In this document: positions 34,280 through 42,936 of the stretch, piece by piece
How positions within the stretch are numbered: position 1 is the first letter of the stretch
Layout: each line of letters opens with the position of its first letter
NCBI GenBank assembly: GCA_964615425.1
Contig: CAZTOB010000001.1
Span: 6,369 to 56,186 of the forward strand
Origin: an uncultured Candidatus Saccharibacteria bacterium
GTDB lineage: Bacteria; Patescibacteriota; Minisyncoccia; Minisyncoccales; CAYTKG01
DNA: 49,818 nucleotides
Direction of reading: 5' to 3'
Position numbers and translations under genes: made by a program
The notes under the pieces: generated by a model
Database searches by the model: none
The model's input: the letters and a program-made list of their open reading frames with translations, nothing else
Told to the model about the DNA's origin: nothing

Positions 34280-37189
34280 ATGAATTTTAAAAAACTTGAA
34301 AAAAGGGTTGATTTCCCGGAACTCGAGGAAAAAGTCTTGAAATATTGGAGGGAAAACGATGTCTTGAGTAAGTATCTTCAAAAAAATGAAGACAAGGACA
34401 AGAGGTTTTCCTTTTTTGACGGCCCGATAACAGCTAATAATCCTATGGGAGTTCATCATGCCCGAGGAAGAAGCTTTAAAGATCTTATCCAGCGCTTTAA
34501 GAATATGCAGGGTTACAAGCAGCGTTTTCAAAACGGATTTGACTGTCAAGGACTATGGGTTGAAGTGGAGGTTGAAAAGTCTCTTGGGTTTAATACAAAA
34601 AAAGATATTGAAGATTACGGCCTGGGAAGATTTACCCAAAAGTGCAAAGAAAGAGTAAGAAAGTTTGCCAAAAAGATAACCGATCAGTCAAAGAGGCTGG
34701 GCTACTTTATGGATTGGGACAACTCTTATTTCACCTTTTCCGAAAGAAACAATCTTCATATCTGGCATTTTTTAAAAAAGTGTTACAAGAAAGGATTGAT
34801 TTACAAAAGCAACTCAGCAGTTGCTTGGTGTCCCAGGTGTGAAACCGGACTTTCCAAGCACGAACAGGCCGACGGATACAAAGTAATTACCGATCTTTCT
34901 TTGTATGTTAAATTTCCTTTGGAAGATAGGGAAAATGAGTATCTTTTGGCCTGGACCACTACTCCTTGGACTTTGACCGCTAATGTTTTGTTGGCTGTAA
35001 ATCCTGAGTTTCAATACGTAAAGGCCGAAAAAGAAGGAGAAATCCTTTATCTGGCTGAAGAATCGGCTAAAAGACTAGGCCTTGATTATGAAAAAATAGA
35101 CGGGGAAAAACTTGCCGGCTTGAAATACGAATCTCTTTTTCCTCATCTTCCGGCCGGTGAAGAAGTTGACCACTTTGTTGTCGAGTGGAAAGAAGTTGAT
35201 CCGAGTGAAGGAACAGGGGTTGTTCATATTGCTCCCGGCTGTGGAGAGGAAGATTTCGAGTTAGGGAAAGAAATTGGTGCTCCCGCCTTTTCTCCTATTG
35301 ACGAAAGAGGCGAGTTTAAAAATGACTGGGGAGATTTTACCGGCGAAAACGCCCACGAGGTGAAAGAAAAAGTAATTAGTTTTTTAAAAAAGAAAGACCT
35401 TCTTTTTAAAACAGAAAACGTTACTCACTCTTATCCTCACTGCTGGAGATGTAAAACTAAATGTCTTTTCCGCCTTGAAGACAATTGGTTTATCGATTGT
35501 CAGAAAATAAAAGGAAGATTGAAAGAAAAGGCAAAAGACGCAAACTGGATTCCTTCTTATGTCGAAAGAAGAATGGAAGATTGGCTGGAGAACATGGGCG
35601 ACTGGATGATAAGTAGAAGGCGTTTTTACGGACTGTCCCTTCCTTTTTATGAGTGCGGAGAATGCGGGGGATTGACGGTTGTGGGAAGTAAAGATGAACT
35701 GGCCGAACTGGCGGTTAATCCGGAAAGAGTTGACACTTTGCCCAGTCTTCACCGTCCTTGGATAGACGAGGTGGAGATAAAATGTCCGAAATGCGGCAAA
35801 TTGGTAAAAAGGATAGAAGAGGTTGGTGACTGTTGGCTGGACGCAGGGGTGGTTCCTTTTTCCACTCTTGATTATCTTTCCAACAAAGCTTACTGGAAAA
35901 AATGGTTTCCGGCTGATTTCATTTCAGAGATGATAGAGCAGGTTAGGCTGTGGTATTATTCTATGCTTGTTTACGGTGTTATTTTAGAAGACAAAATGCC
36001 TTACAAAAATGTAGTAAGTTATGACGAGGTGAGAGATGAAGAAGGGGAGACGATGAGCAAAAGCAAAGGGAACGGAATTCCTTATGATGAGGCGGTGGAG
36101 AACATGGGAGCGGATGTGATGCGTTGGATATACTTTTCCAAAAACCCAAATGCTCCGGTTAATTTCGGATACAAACTGGCTGAAAAAGTAAAAAGAGGAT
36201 TCCTTTTTACCCTCTGGAATTGTTACAAGTTCTTTTTGGAATACGCGAGCTTAGAAGTTGGGGGAGAGATCGATCTTGAAGGGGTGGAACAAAAAACAGT
36301 GCTTGATCAGTGGATCGTTTCCCGCCTCAACAAGCTTAAAAAAGAAGTTACAGAGTCTCTGGAGGAGTTCAGCCCTGCTCCGGCAGTAAGAGCCATAGAA
36401 GAGTTTGTGCTCAAAGATCTTTCCACTTGGTATATTAGAAGGTCGAGAGATAGAATCGGTCCTTCGGCGGAAGACGGTGAGGACAAGAAAAACTGTTATC
36501 TAACCTTTTACCTTGTTTTGACGGAGGTTGCTAAGATTCTGGCTCCTTTCCTTCCATTTTTAGCTGAAAAACTTTCACACAGTTTGGGTTATAAGAGTTC
36601 TGTTCATCTGGAGGATTGGCCTTCTTTTAGGAGAGAAAAGGTGGATGAAGAGGTGGAGGAAAAAATGGAGACTGTGCGGAAAGTTTGCAGCCTAGCTCAT
36701 CGAGCCAGAAGACAAGCGGGGATAAAAACAAGGCAGGTTTTAAAAGAAATGCAGGTTAAAACTTTGCAAAACAAACCGGAAGAAGGTTTTATCACCCTCA
36801 TTAAAGACGAAGTGAATGTTGAAGAGGTTTACTTTATTGAAAGCTTTCGCAAACTCGAAAAGGAAGAACGGGTGAAAGGAGAAAGGATAGAAGTGTCTTT
36901 AGAAACCGAAATCACGCCCCGTCTTAAAAGAAAGGGAGTGTTAAGAGAGGTGGTGCGCCGGGTGCAGTTTATGAGAAAAAAGAACGGTCTCAAGCCCTCA
37001 GACACCATCCAAATTTACTACAACGGCAATTCCAAGCTGGAAAGGATGATAGAAGAAGAAAAAAAGACTTTAAAGAAGGAAACTATTGCTTTTTCCGTTA
37101 ACAAAGAGGTAGAAGAAAAAGAAGGCGTAATGTGGAAAGAATACGAGATAAAGTCCATGAAAATTAAACTGGGGATCAAAAAGATATGA
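34280..37189 (+). CDS. ileS: Isoleucyl-tRNA synthetase
   Basis: The HIGH-region variant is PMGVHHARGRSFKD and the KMSKS variant is ETMSKSKGNG. WCPRCETGLS and HCWRCKTK zinc knuckles are present, and the editing-domain WTTTPWTL is present. Confidence 0.9.
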   Translation: MNFKKLEKRVDFPELEEKVLKYWRENDVLSKYLQKNEDKDKRFSFFDGPITANNPMGVHHARGRSFKDLIQRFKNMQGYKQRFQNGFDCQGLWVEVEVEKSLGFNTKKDIEDYGLGRFTQKCKERVRKFAKKITDQSKRLGYFMDWDNSYFTFSERNNLHIWHFLKKCYKKGLIYKSNSAVAWCPRCETGLSKHEQADGYKVITDLSLYVKFPLEDRENEYLLAWTTTPWTLTANVLLAVNPEFQYVKAEKEGEILYLAEESAKRLGLDYEKIDGEKLAGLKYESLFPHLPAGEEVDHFVVEWKEVDPSEGTGVVHIAPGCGEEDFELGKEIGAPAFSPIDERGEFKNDWGDFTGENAHEVKEKVISFLKKKDLLFKTENVTHSYPHCWRCKTKCLFRLEDNWFIDCQKIKGRLKEKAKDANWIPSYVERRMEDWLENMGDWMISRRRFYGLSLPFYECGECGGLTVVGSKDELAELAVNPERVDTLPSLHRPWIDEVEIKCPKCGKLVKRIEEVGDCWLDAGVVPFSTLDYLSNKAYWKKWFPADFISEMIEQVRLWYYSMLVYGVILEDKMPYKNVVSYDEVRDEEGETMSKSKGNGIPYDEAVENMGADVMRWIYFSKNPNAPVNFGYKLAEKVKRGFLFTLWNCYKFFLEYASLEVGGEIDLEGVEQKTVLDQWIVSRLNKLKKEVTESLEEFSPAPAVRAIEEFVLKDLSTWYIRRSRDRIGPSAEDGEDKKNCYLTFYLVLTEVAKILAPFLPFLAEKLSHSLGYKSSVHLEDWPSFRREKVDEEVEEKMETVRKVCSLAHRARRQAGIKTRQVLKEMQVKTLQNKPEEGFITLIKDEVNVEEVYFIESFRKLEKEERVKGERIEVSLETEITPRLKRKGVLREVVRRVQFMRKKNGLKPSDTIQIYYNGNSKLERMIEEEKKTLKKETIAFSVNKEVEEKEGVMWKEYEIKSMKIKLGIKKI

Positions 37190-37698
37190 AAATCGTTTTT
37201 TTATCTGACACTCACGACAATCTTCCAAACTTTAAAAAGGTGATTGGGTGGGCTGAGGATAAAGGAATAAAAACCGTTGTTCACTGCGGAGATGTCTCTT
37301 CGCCTGCCACTTGGAAAAAGGCGCTGGAAGGTTTTAGAGGTAAAGCCTTTGTTTCTTTGGGCAATGCAGATGAAGGCTTTAACTGGGAAAGAGAAAAAAG
37401 ACGGGATCCGCATCTACAGGAGTCTGTTTTTACTTCTCACGGGAGAATAGAGTTGGGCGGGGTGAGGATTGGTTTTTGTCACCTTCCAAGAAAGGCTCGA
37501 GAACTGGCGGAAAATGAAAATTTTGACGTTGTTTTTTACGGGCATACTCATAAGCCGTGGGAGGAAAAGGTAGTAAAGACAGCGATGATTAATCCTGGCA
37601 ATGTGGCGGGGATAAAGTATCAGCCGACTTTCGGCGTTTACGACACTGAAAAAAAGAAGGCGGAGCTTAAAATTCTCCGCCGGCTGGAAGATGTTTAA
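37186..37698 (+). CDS. YfcE/MJ0936-family metallophosphoesterase
   Basis: FLSDTHDN, HCGDV and FYGHTHKP motifs are present. The protein is 170 aa and overlaps ileS by 4 nt. Confidence 0.8.
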   Translation: MKIVFLSDTHDNLPNFKKVIGWAEDKGIKTVVHCGDVSSPATWKKALEGFRGKAFVSLGNADEGFNWEREKRRDPHLQESVFTSHGRIELGGVRIGFCHLPRKARELAENENFDVVFYGHTHKPWEEKVVKTAMINPGNVAGIKYQPTFGVYDTEKKKAELKILRRLEDV

Positions 37699-38404
37699 AC
37701 GTTTCTCAACCGAAGCCTTTATGTTAGATTCTTTTCCTCGCAGAGAAGCAGATAAAGTTTTTCTTTTTTTTTCTAAAAAATACGGAAAAATTTTTGCGGT
37801 GGGAAAGTCAATCAGAAAGATTTCTTCAAAGTTAAACGCCGGGCTGGATTTTTTCGCTCTTTCCCGGGTTGAGTTTATTCAGGGGAGAAACTACAAAATT
37901 CTTGTTTATGCTGAAATAAAAAACGAGGCCGTTTCTTTTAGAAGATCGCTCCACAGACTGAAAGCTGCTTTTAAAACAAGAGATTTTTTATCCCGTGTTA
38001 TTAAAGGCACGGAGCCGGATCTTGCTGTGTGGCAAGTTTTTTCAAGCGCGGTTGAGGCATTGAAAAAATCTTCTCTTCCTCTTTTTTCTTTTTTAATTTA
38101 TCAAAACTTTTCCTGGCGGTTACTTCAAGAATTGGGGTACGAAATGAACTTTAAAATTTGTGCCGAGTGTAAAAAGGAAGTTGCTTCTTTCGGTCTTTTT
38201 TCTCAAAAAGGTTTTCTCTGCCCCGATTGCGGTAAAAAAACCCACCAAAAAGAAAACGTGGTACGTCTTAAAGAGAACGAGAGAAAAGTGTTGGAGAAGA
38301 TAAGGAGAGCTTCTTTGGATGACCTGGAAGAAGCGGAGGTGAGTTTGCTTGAGGCTAAAAAAGCAGAAAATATTCTCGATTTCTTTTTGGAGGACTTGTA
38401 TTGA
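37691..38404 (+). CDS. recO: DNA repair protein RecO
   Basis: It has an N-terminal OB-fold pattern (EAFMLDSFPRREADKVFLFFSKKYGKIFAVGKSIRK) and a C-terminal zinc motif (CAEC...CPDCG). Confidence 0.75.
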   Translation: MFKRFSTEAFMLDSFPRREADKVFLFFSKKYGKIFAVGKSIRKISSKLNAGLDFFALSRVEFIQGRNYKILVYAEIKNEAVSFRRSLHRLKAAFKTRDFLSRVIKGTEPDLAVWQVFSSAVEALKKSSLPLFSFLIYQNFSWRLLQELGYEMNFKICAECKKEVASFGLFSQKGFLCPDCGKKTHQKENVVRLKENERKVLEKIRRASLDDLEEAEVSLLEAKKAENILDFFLEDLY

Positions 38405-38429
38405 TTTGCCTCTTTCTATCTTTTTATCC

Positions 38430-38435
38430 TATAAT
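38430..38435 (+). promoter_or_regulatory. Candidate -10 box TATAAT, 8 nt upstream of the ATG at 38443
   Basis: cctataataatcaca precedes the ATG. No SD is visible. Confidence 0.25.
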
Positions 38436-38442
38436 AATCACA

Positions 38443-40122
38443 ATGAAGAAAAAACAAAGTGGAAAAATATTAATAATACTGTTCTTCATTTTTTTGGGGT
38501 TGGCCGCTCTCACTTTTTGGTATTTTCAAAGAAATACTTATTCCAAAGATGTTTTGAAATTTGAAATACTCGGTCCTGAAGAAGCACGGGCCGGGGAAAG
38601 GGTAGAATACACCGTCCGTTACAAAAATACCGGAGAGGTAAGGTTAGAAGAAGTGGAGATGGTTTTTGAATATCCTGAAAAGGTTCTTCCCTTGGAACAG
38701 GAAAAAGATCGGGTGATTAAAAATATTGATGATATTTATCCCGGCCAAGAAGAAACCATTGTTTTTAAGGCCAAGGTTTTCGGTCAAGAGGGGGAGTTAG
38801 TTAAACCCCGGGCTACACTTAATTACCGCCCTAAAAATTTGAAAGCTTTTTATGAGTCTGAAACTACGGTTTCTACAAAGATTAGCGAAGTGCCCCTTAC
38901 TTTTGTTTTTGATTTTCCTTCCAAAATGGCGGTGGACAGGGAAAGCAAGCTGTCTTTAAACTACTATTCCAACTTTGAAGAACCGATTTCTGATCTCGCC
39001 ATCAACGTCAATTACCCTTCCGAGTTCGAACTTCAGAAAACAAGGCCTCAGGGAATTGAAAAAGACGAATGGCAAGTCGGCGTTTTAAACAAAGGAGAAG
39101 GAGGAAAGATTGAAATTTACGGAAGCTTTATCGGAGGACTCGGTGGAGAAAAGGTTTTTGAAGGAGAGATAGGGGTTTGGGTCCAAGACAATTTTGTTGT
39201 TTTAAAGAGTATAAGGAGAGGGGTTCAAATTACAAAGCCAGGGATTGTCGTCACCCACGAGGTAAACGGCAGCTCGGATTATGTTGCCAGCCCGGGTGAT
39301 CTTCTTCACTACGAAATTTATTTTCGCAACATTAGCGACGATTACTTAGAAGATTTGTTTTTGGTGTCGGAACTTGAGGGTCCTTTCAAGTTTGACACAT
39401 TAAAAGTGCCTTCGGGCAGGGTGAGTGATTCGGTGAATACTTTGTTTTGGGACGAAAGAGATAGTTCCGATTTGAAGTTTCTGGCCCCTGGAGAAGAAGG
39501 AAAAGTGGATTTTTGGGTCAGTTTGAAGAAAGAGTGGGATTCTTCCCAGTACAAACAGCCGGTTCTCAAAAACGATGTTTCTTTGGGGCAGGTGAGCGAA
39601 CATTTTGAAACAAAAGTTAATTCGCTTTTGGTTTTAGAACAAAAGGGGTATTATGAAAATGAAGTTTTCGAAGCTTCCGGTCCGATTCCCCCCGAAGTAG
39701 GAAAAAGAACCACTTATACTATCATCTGGACCGTTAAAAACTCTTTCAACCGGGTTGAAAACGCACGGGTGAAAGCTACACTGCCTGACGAAGTGAGTTT
39801 GACGGACGATGTTTTTCCCGAAGACGAGAAATCGAACTTTGCTTTTGATTCTAATTCGCGAGAGCTTCTTTGGAAAGTGGGTGATTTGGAGCCGGGAGTT
39901 GGTTTTGATAGCGATGCTTTGAGTTTGGCCTTCCAGGTCGAGCTTACTCCAACCGAAAGCCAAAAAGGATTGGTGGTTCCTCTGGTAAGTGAAACTCGTC
40001 TTTTAGGAGAAGACCAGTGGACTGAAAAAGAACTTGAAGTTTCTATAGAGGGAGTGGACAGTTCCCTGCCGGACGATGATTCGGTTTCGGCAGAAGACGG
40101 AGTGGTTCAGGACGGGTCTTGA
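38443..40122 (+). CDS. Large secreted/anchored protein built from repeated beta-sandwich-like modules (DUF11/CARDB-like); start trimmed to ATG 38443
   Basis: It has an N-terminal signal/anchor (KILIILFFIFLGLAALTFWYF). Modules of the type G-x-x-V-x-Y-x-V-x-Y-x-N-x-G...L recur: GERVEYTVRYKNTGEV, GDLLHYEIYFRNISDD, GKRTTYTIIWTVKNSFN. Confidence 0.55.
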   Translation: MKKKQSGKILIILFFIFLGLAALTFWYFQRNTYSKDVLKFEILGPEEARAGERVEYTVRYKNTGEVRLEEVEMVFEYPEKVLPLEQEKDRVIKNIDDIYPGQEETIVFKAKVFGQEGELVKPRATLNYRPKNLKAFYESETTVSTKISEVPLTFVFDFPSKMAVDRESKLSLNYYSNFEEPISDLAINVNYPSEFELQKTRPQGIEKDEWQVGVLNKGEGGKIEIYGSFIGGLGGEKVFEGEIGVWVQDNFVVLKSIRRGVQITKPGIVVTHEVNGSSDYVASPGDLLHYEIYFRNISDDYLEDLFLVSELEGPFKFDTLKVPSGRVSDSVNTLFWDERDSSDLKFLAPGEEGKVDFWVSLKKEWDSSQYKQPVLKNDVSLGQVSEHFETKVNSLLVLEQKGYYENEVFEASGPIPPEVGKRTTYTIIWTVKNSFNRVENARVKATLPDEVSLTDDVFPEDEKSNFAFDSNSRELLWKVGDLEPGVGFDSDALSLAFQVELTPTESQKGLVVPLVSETRLLGEDQWTEKELEVSIEGVDSSLPDDDSVSAEDGVVQDGS

Positions 40123-40160
40123 ATTCCGGATTATTTTGAGTAGAATGAATTAATAAACGA

Positions 40161-40340
40161 AGAAGGGGAGAAGTAGGAGAAATACTTTCCTAAAGAAAGC
40201 CGCGCTTAAGCTGAGAAGCGGTGGAAAAGTTTCTCTCGAAAGGAGCCCTGGAGTTTTAAAGTAAATTAAGAGCCTCTTTTTAAGAGGAATTAGGGTGGAA
40301 CCGCCCCATTGGGTCCCTACGACGAGAGTCGTAGTTTTTT
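40161..40340 (+). promoter_or_regulatory. T-box leader (tRNA-sensing riboswitch) controlling glyQS
   Basis: The T-box motif aattagggtggaaccgcc (40288-40305) contains UGGA (40296-40299). Stem I has an AGTA/GA-type internal loop and a candidate GGA specifier at 40242-40244. Stem III is cctctt/aagagg, and a terminator lies at 40317-40340 directly before glyQS. Confidence 0.75.
40317..40340 (+). terminator. T-box terminator hairpin
   Basis: ctacgac-gaga-gtcgtag is followed by tttttt. Confidence 0.75.
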
Positions 40341-40358
40341 ATTCTAAATTAAGAAAAT

Positions 40359-41741
40359 ATGTCAAAAACAAAAATGGAAAAACTGGTTTCACTTTGTAAG
40401 AGAAGAGGTTTTGTTTATCAAACCTCTAAGATTTATGGAGGACTGGCTGGTTTTTATGATTACGGACCTTTGGGAGCGGAAGTGATACGTAATTTAAAAA
40501 ACTTGTGGTGGAAAGAGATGGTTCACAATATGGAGAACGTTTATGGTATTGACGGATCCATTATTTTACACCCCAAGGTCTGGCAGGCAAGCGGCCATGT
40601 TGAGGGTTTTGACGACCCCTTAGTTGAATGTTTGGAGTGTAATAAAAGAGTGAGAGCGGATAAGTTGGAAGGTTGGCGAGCGAAAAAAAACGAAAAAGGA
40701 GAGTGGGAAGTTTTAAAAGTAGGCGAGCGGGAATGTCCTTACTGCGGAGGGGAGCTAGGAACTGAAGTCAACCAATTTAACTTGATGATGAAAACTTATC
40801 TCGGATCTGTCACCGGGGAAAAGACAGAAACTTTTCTTAAGGGTGAATCTTGCCAAAATACTTATTTAAACTTCAAGCCGGTTTTGGATTCTTTTTCTCC
40901 CAAACTTCCCTTCGGAATCGCACAAATCGGAAAAGCATTTAGAAATGAGATAACATTTGGAAAATTCATCTTCAAAACACGGGAGTTTGAACAGTGGGAC
41001 GTTGAGTTTTTTGTTCACCCCGAGGAGGCCGATAACGCCTATGAAGATTGGAAGAAGATAAGGTGGGATTGGTTTGTCCGTTCGGTCGGGATTGATGAGA
41101 AAAAATTAAGATGGAGGCGCCATACGAAAGACGAACTTATTTTTTATGCCCGGGATGCGTGGGATATAGAATACGAGTATCCTTTCGGGTGGGACGAACT
41201 TGAAGGTCTCCACGACAGGTCTGATTATGACTTAAAACAGCACAGCAAATGGAGCGGCGAGGACTTGAAATATCGGACTCCGGACGATGAAAAGTTTTAT
41301 CCTTTCATAATCGAGGCTTCTGGAGGAGTGGATAGAACTTTTTTAGCTTTAATGCTTAATTCCCTGAGAGAAGAAGAAGGTAGAAGTTACTTGAAAATTA
41401 AGCCTTGTTTGGCACCTTATCAGGTGGCCGTTTTTCCTCTTTTAGCCAACAAGCCTGAGCTCGTTCAAAAAGCGAGGAAAGTCTTTAAAAACCTGCAAAA
41501 AAAGTTTCACATGGCTTGGGATGACAGAGGAAACATTGGAAAGCGTTATTTTGCTCAAGATGAAATAGGCACCCCCTTCTGTGTGACGGTGGACTTTGAT
41601 ACACTTAAAGATGAAACGGTTACTATAAGAGATCGGGATACGACCAGCCAAATCAGAGTGAAGCTAAAAGATCTATCTGAAGTTTTGGAGAAACTTATAA
41701 ACGAAGAGAAAACTTTTGAGGGGGTCGGTAAAAAAGTGTAA
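40359..41741 (+). CDS. glyQS: Glycyl-tRNA synthetase (class II, homodimeric GlyQS type)
   Basis: LCKRRGFVYQTSKIYGGLAGFYDYGPLGAE, FRNEITFGKFIFKTREFEQ (motif 2) and a GGVDR-type motif 3 are present, with a C-terminal anticodon-binding domain. Confidence 0.95.
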   Translation: MSKTKMEKLVSLCKRRGFVYQTSKIYGGLAGFYDYGPLGAEVIRNLKNLWWKEMVHNMENVYGIDGSIILHPKVWQASGHVEGFDDPLVECLECNKRVRADKLEGWRAKKNEKGEWEVLKVGERECPYCGGELGTEVNQFNLMMKTYLGSVTGEKTETFLKGESCQNTYLNFKPVLDSFSPKLPFGIAQIGKAFRNEITFGKFIFKTREFEQWDVEFFVHPEEADNAYEDWKKIRWDWFVRSVGIDEKKLRWRRHTKDELIFYARDAWDIEYEYPFGWDELEGLHDRSDYDLKQHSKWSGEDLKYRTPDDEKFYPFIIEASGGVDRTFLALMLNSLREEEGRSYLKIKPCLAPYQVAVFPLLANKPELVQKARKVFKNLQKKFHMAWDDRGNIGKRYFAQDEIGTPFCVTVDFDTLKDETVTIRDRDTTSQIRVKLKDLSEVLEKLINEEKTFEGVGKKV

Positions 41742-41754
41742 CCAATTAAAATAT

Positions 41755-42069
41755 ATGTTTTTACCTATATTAATTGCTGGGTTTGGAGGGGGAGTGGTAA
41801 GAGGGTTAGTGGGATTTATAAAACACCAGTTTTCCTACAAGAATGTGGGCTTTAACCTTCCTTATTTTTTCTCCATGTGTTTTCTTTCAGGGGTGGTCGG
41901 GGTTTTAGTTGCTGGTGCCGGGGAGAGTTTGGGCATGCGTTTTTTTGGAGGAACTTTTACTCCAGCCCTTGCTTTTTTTATCGGTTACGCAGGCGGTGAT
42001 TTCGTGGAAAACGTGGTTAAAATCATTCTCAAAAGACCGGAGCTTTATTCTTTTAAGAAAAAAATCTAA
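41755..42069 (+). CDS. Small glycine-rich multi-pass membrane protein (start trimmed to ATG 41755)
   Basis: Three hydrophobic segments carry GxxxG-type motifs (IAGFGGGVVRGLVGF, VVGVLVAGAG, FFIGYAGGDF). The upstream part of the track ORF overlaps the glyQS 3' end. Confidence 0.5.
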   Translation: MFLPILIAGFGGGVVRGLVGFIKHQFSYKNVGFNLPYFFSMCFLSGVVGVLVAGAGESLGMRFFGGTFTPALAFFIGYAGGDFVENVVKIILKRPELYSFKKKI

Positions 42070-42071
42070 AT

Positions 42072-42245
42072 ATGAGTGGAATAGTTATTCTTTTACTGGG
42101 AATTTTTTTGGTGCTTATTGTTTTTTATCTTAAATCCCAGGGGGCGAGCCTGATTGACGCTATAACGATAGTACTTTTTTATATCTTTTTGATTTGGTTT
42201 TTCTTGACTCAGTTTCCTCTTTCTGAAGGGAACAACTTTTTTTAA
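42072..42245 (+). CDS. Unlisted 57-codon ORF encoding a two-helix membrane micro-protein
   Basis: ATG 42072 to TAA 42243-42245 encodes MSGIVILLLGIFLVLIVFYLKSQGASLIDAITIVLFYIFLIWFFLTQFPLSEGNNFF. It starts 2 nt after the previous stop and ends 1 nt before the next ATG. It falls below the track cutoff. Confidence 0.4.
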   Translation: MSGIVILLLGIFLVLIVFYLKSQGASLIDAITIVLFYIFLIWFFLTQFPLSEGNNFF

Positions 42246-42246
42246 T

Positions 42247-42795
42247 ATGAAAAACAAAAGACTAAAGATTTCTCTTTTTTTATCCTTGTTGGCGTTTTTA
42301 ATTCCTGCTGTTTTAGGTTTTTTGTGGGGCGGGAGTGACGCGGCCCGGGAGGTTCTTTTCATTACCGACAAGCTTTTTTCTATGGTAGCTCCTATTGAGC
42401 CATTCAACCTCTTTGTTTTTTTGTTGTTTTTAGATTTTTTACTCTTGTCTTTTTTTGCTCTTTCTTCTTTTTTCCTTTCCCTGCCCTCTCTTTTTTATTT
42501 GTCTTTTTATTCTTTTTTGATTGGAGCGGCGGTTCGGATTTCGGGGGTTGGTCTAGTTTTTTTTCTGCTTTTTCCTTTTTCAGTTTTTAAAATTTTTCCT
42601 TTGATCTTGGCTACCTTTTTTTGCCTACAGTTTTCAGGAGCTTTAGTTCTAGAATTATTTTCGGATGAATTTTCTTTTCCTAAAAAGGAAGCGAAGGTTT
42701 TTTTAAAAAAAATTGTTTTACTTTTTCCTCTCTTTTCCTTTTTTAGTTTTCTTGAAGTTTGGGGAATTCCTTTTGTCTTTCGTTTTTTTACTTGA
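42247..42795 (+). CDS. Hypothetical multi-pass membrane protein (Phe/Leu-rich)
   Basis: The 182-aa ORF has five or six hydrophobic segments. I recognised no motif. Confidence 0.5.
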   Translation: MKNKRLKISLFLSLLAFLIPAVLGFLWGGSDAAREVLFITDKLFSMVAPIEPFNLFVFLLFLDFLLLSFFALSSFFLSLPSLFYLSFYSFLIGAAVRISGVGLVFFLLFPFSVFKIFPLILATFFCLQFSGALVLELFSDEFSFPKKEAKVFLKKIVLLFPLFSFFSFLEVWGIPFVFRFFT

Positions 42796-42819
42796 CAAAA
42801 AACTTTATTTTTTTAAAAT
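42792..42819 (+). promoter_or_regulatory. Near-consensus sigma70-type promoter (TTGACA - 16 nt - TAAAAT) reading into the micro-ORF region
   Basis: ttgaca at 42792-42797 overlaps the upstream TGA stop. taaaat is at 42814-42819. Confidence 0.4.
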
Positions 42820-42837
42820 GAAGGAAATAAAGATTTC

Positions 42838-42936
42838 ATGAGCTCAAGATTAATTACAATTCAACTCTTTCTTGTCACATGGTTTATTAACCTTGTGCCT
42901 TTTGGAGGGTTGAAAAGTAATCTTGAATTAAGCTAA
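42838..42936 (+). CDS. Candidate 32-codon hydrophobic mini-ORF (leader peptide or small membrane peptide)
   Basis: The ATG at 42838 is preceded by gaaggaaa. It encodes MSSRLITIQLFLVTWFINLVPFGGLKSNLELS and runs through the 5' arm of the proposed antiterminator. Confidence 0.25.
   Translation: MSSRLITIQLFLVTWFINLVPFGGLKSNLELS

Noticed and set aside
42093-42407. 104-aa minus-strand ORF in the small-membrane-protein region.
   Set aside because: It overlaps two tightly coupled plus-strand ORFs. Its basic, low-complexity product has no start context, and all neighbouring genes are on the plus strand.
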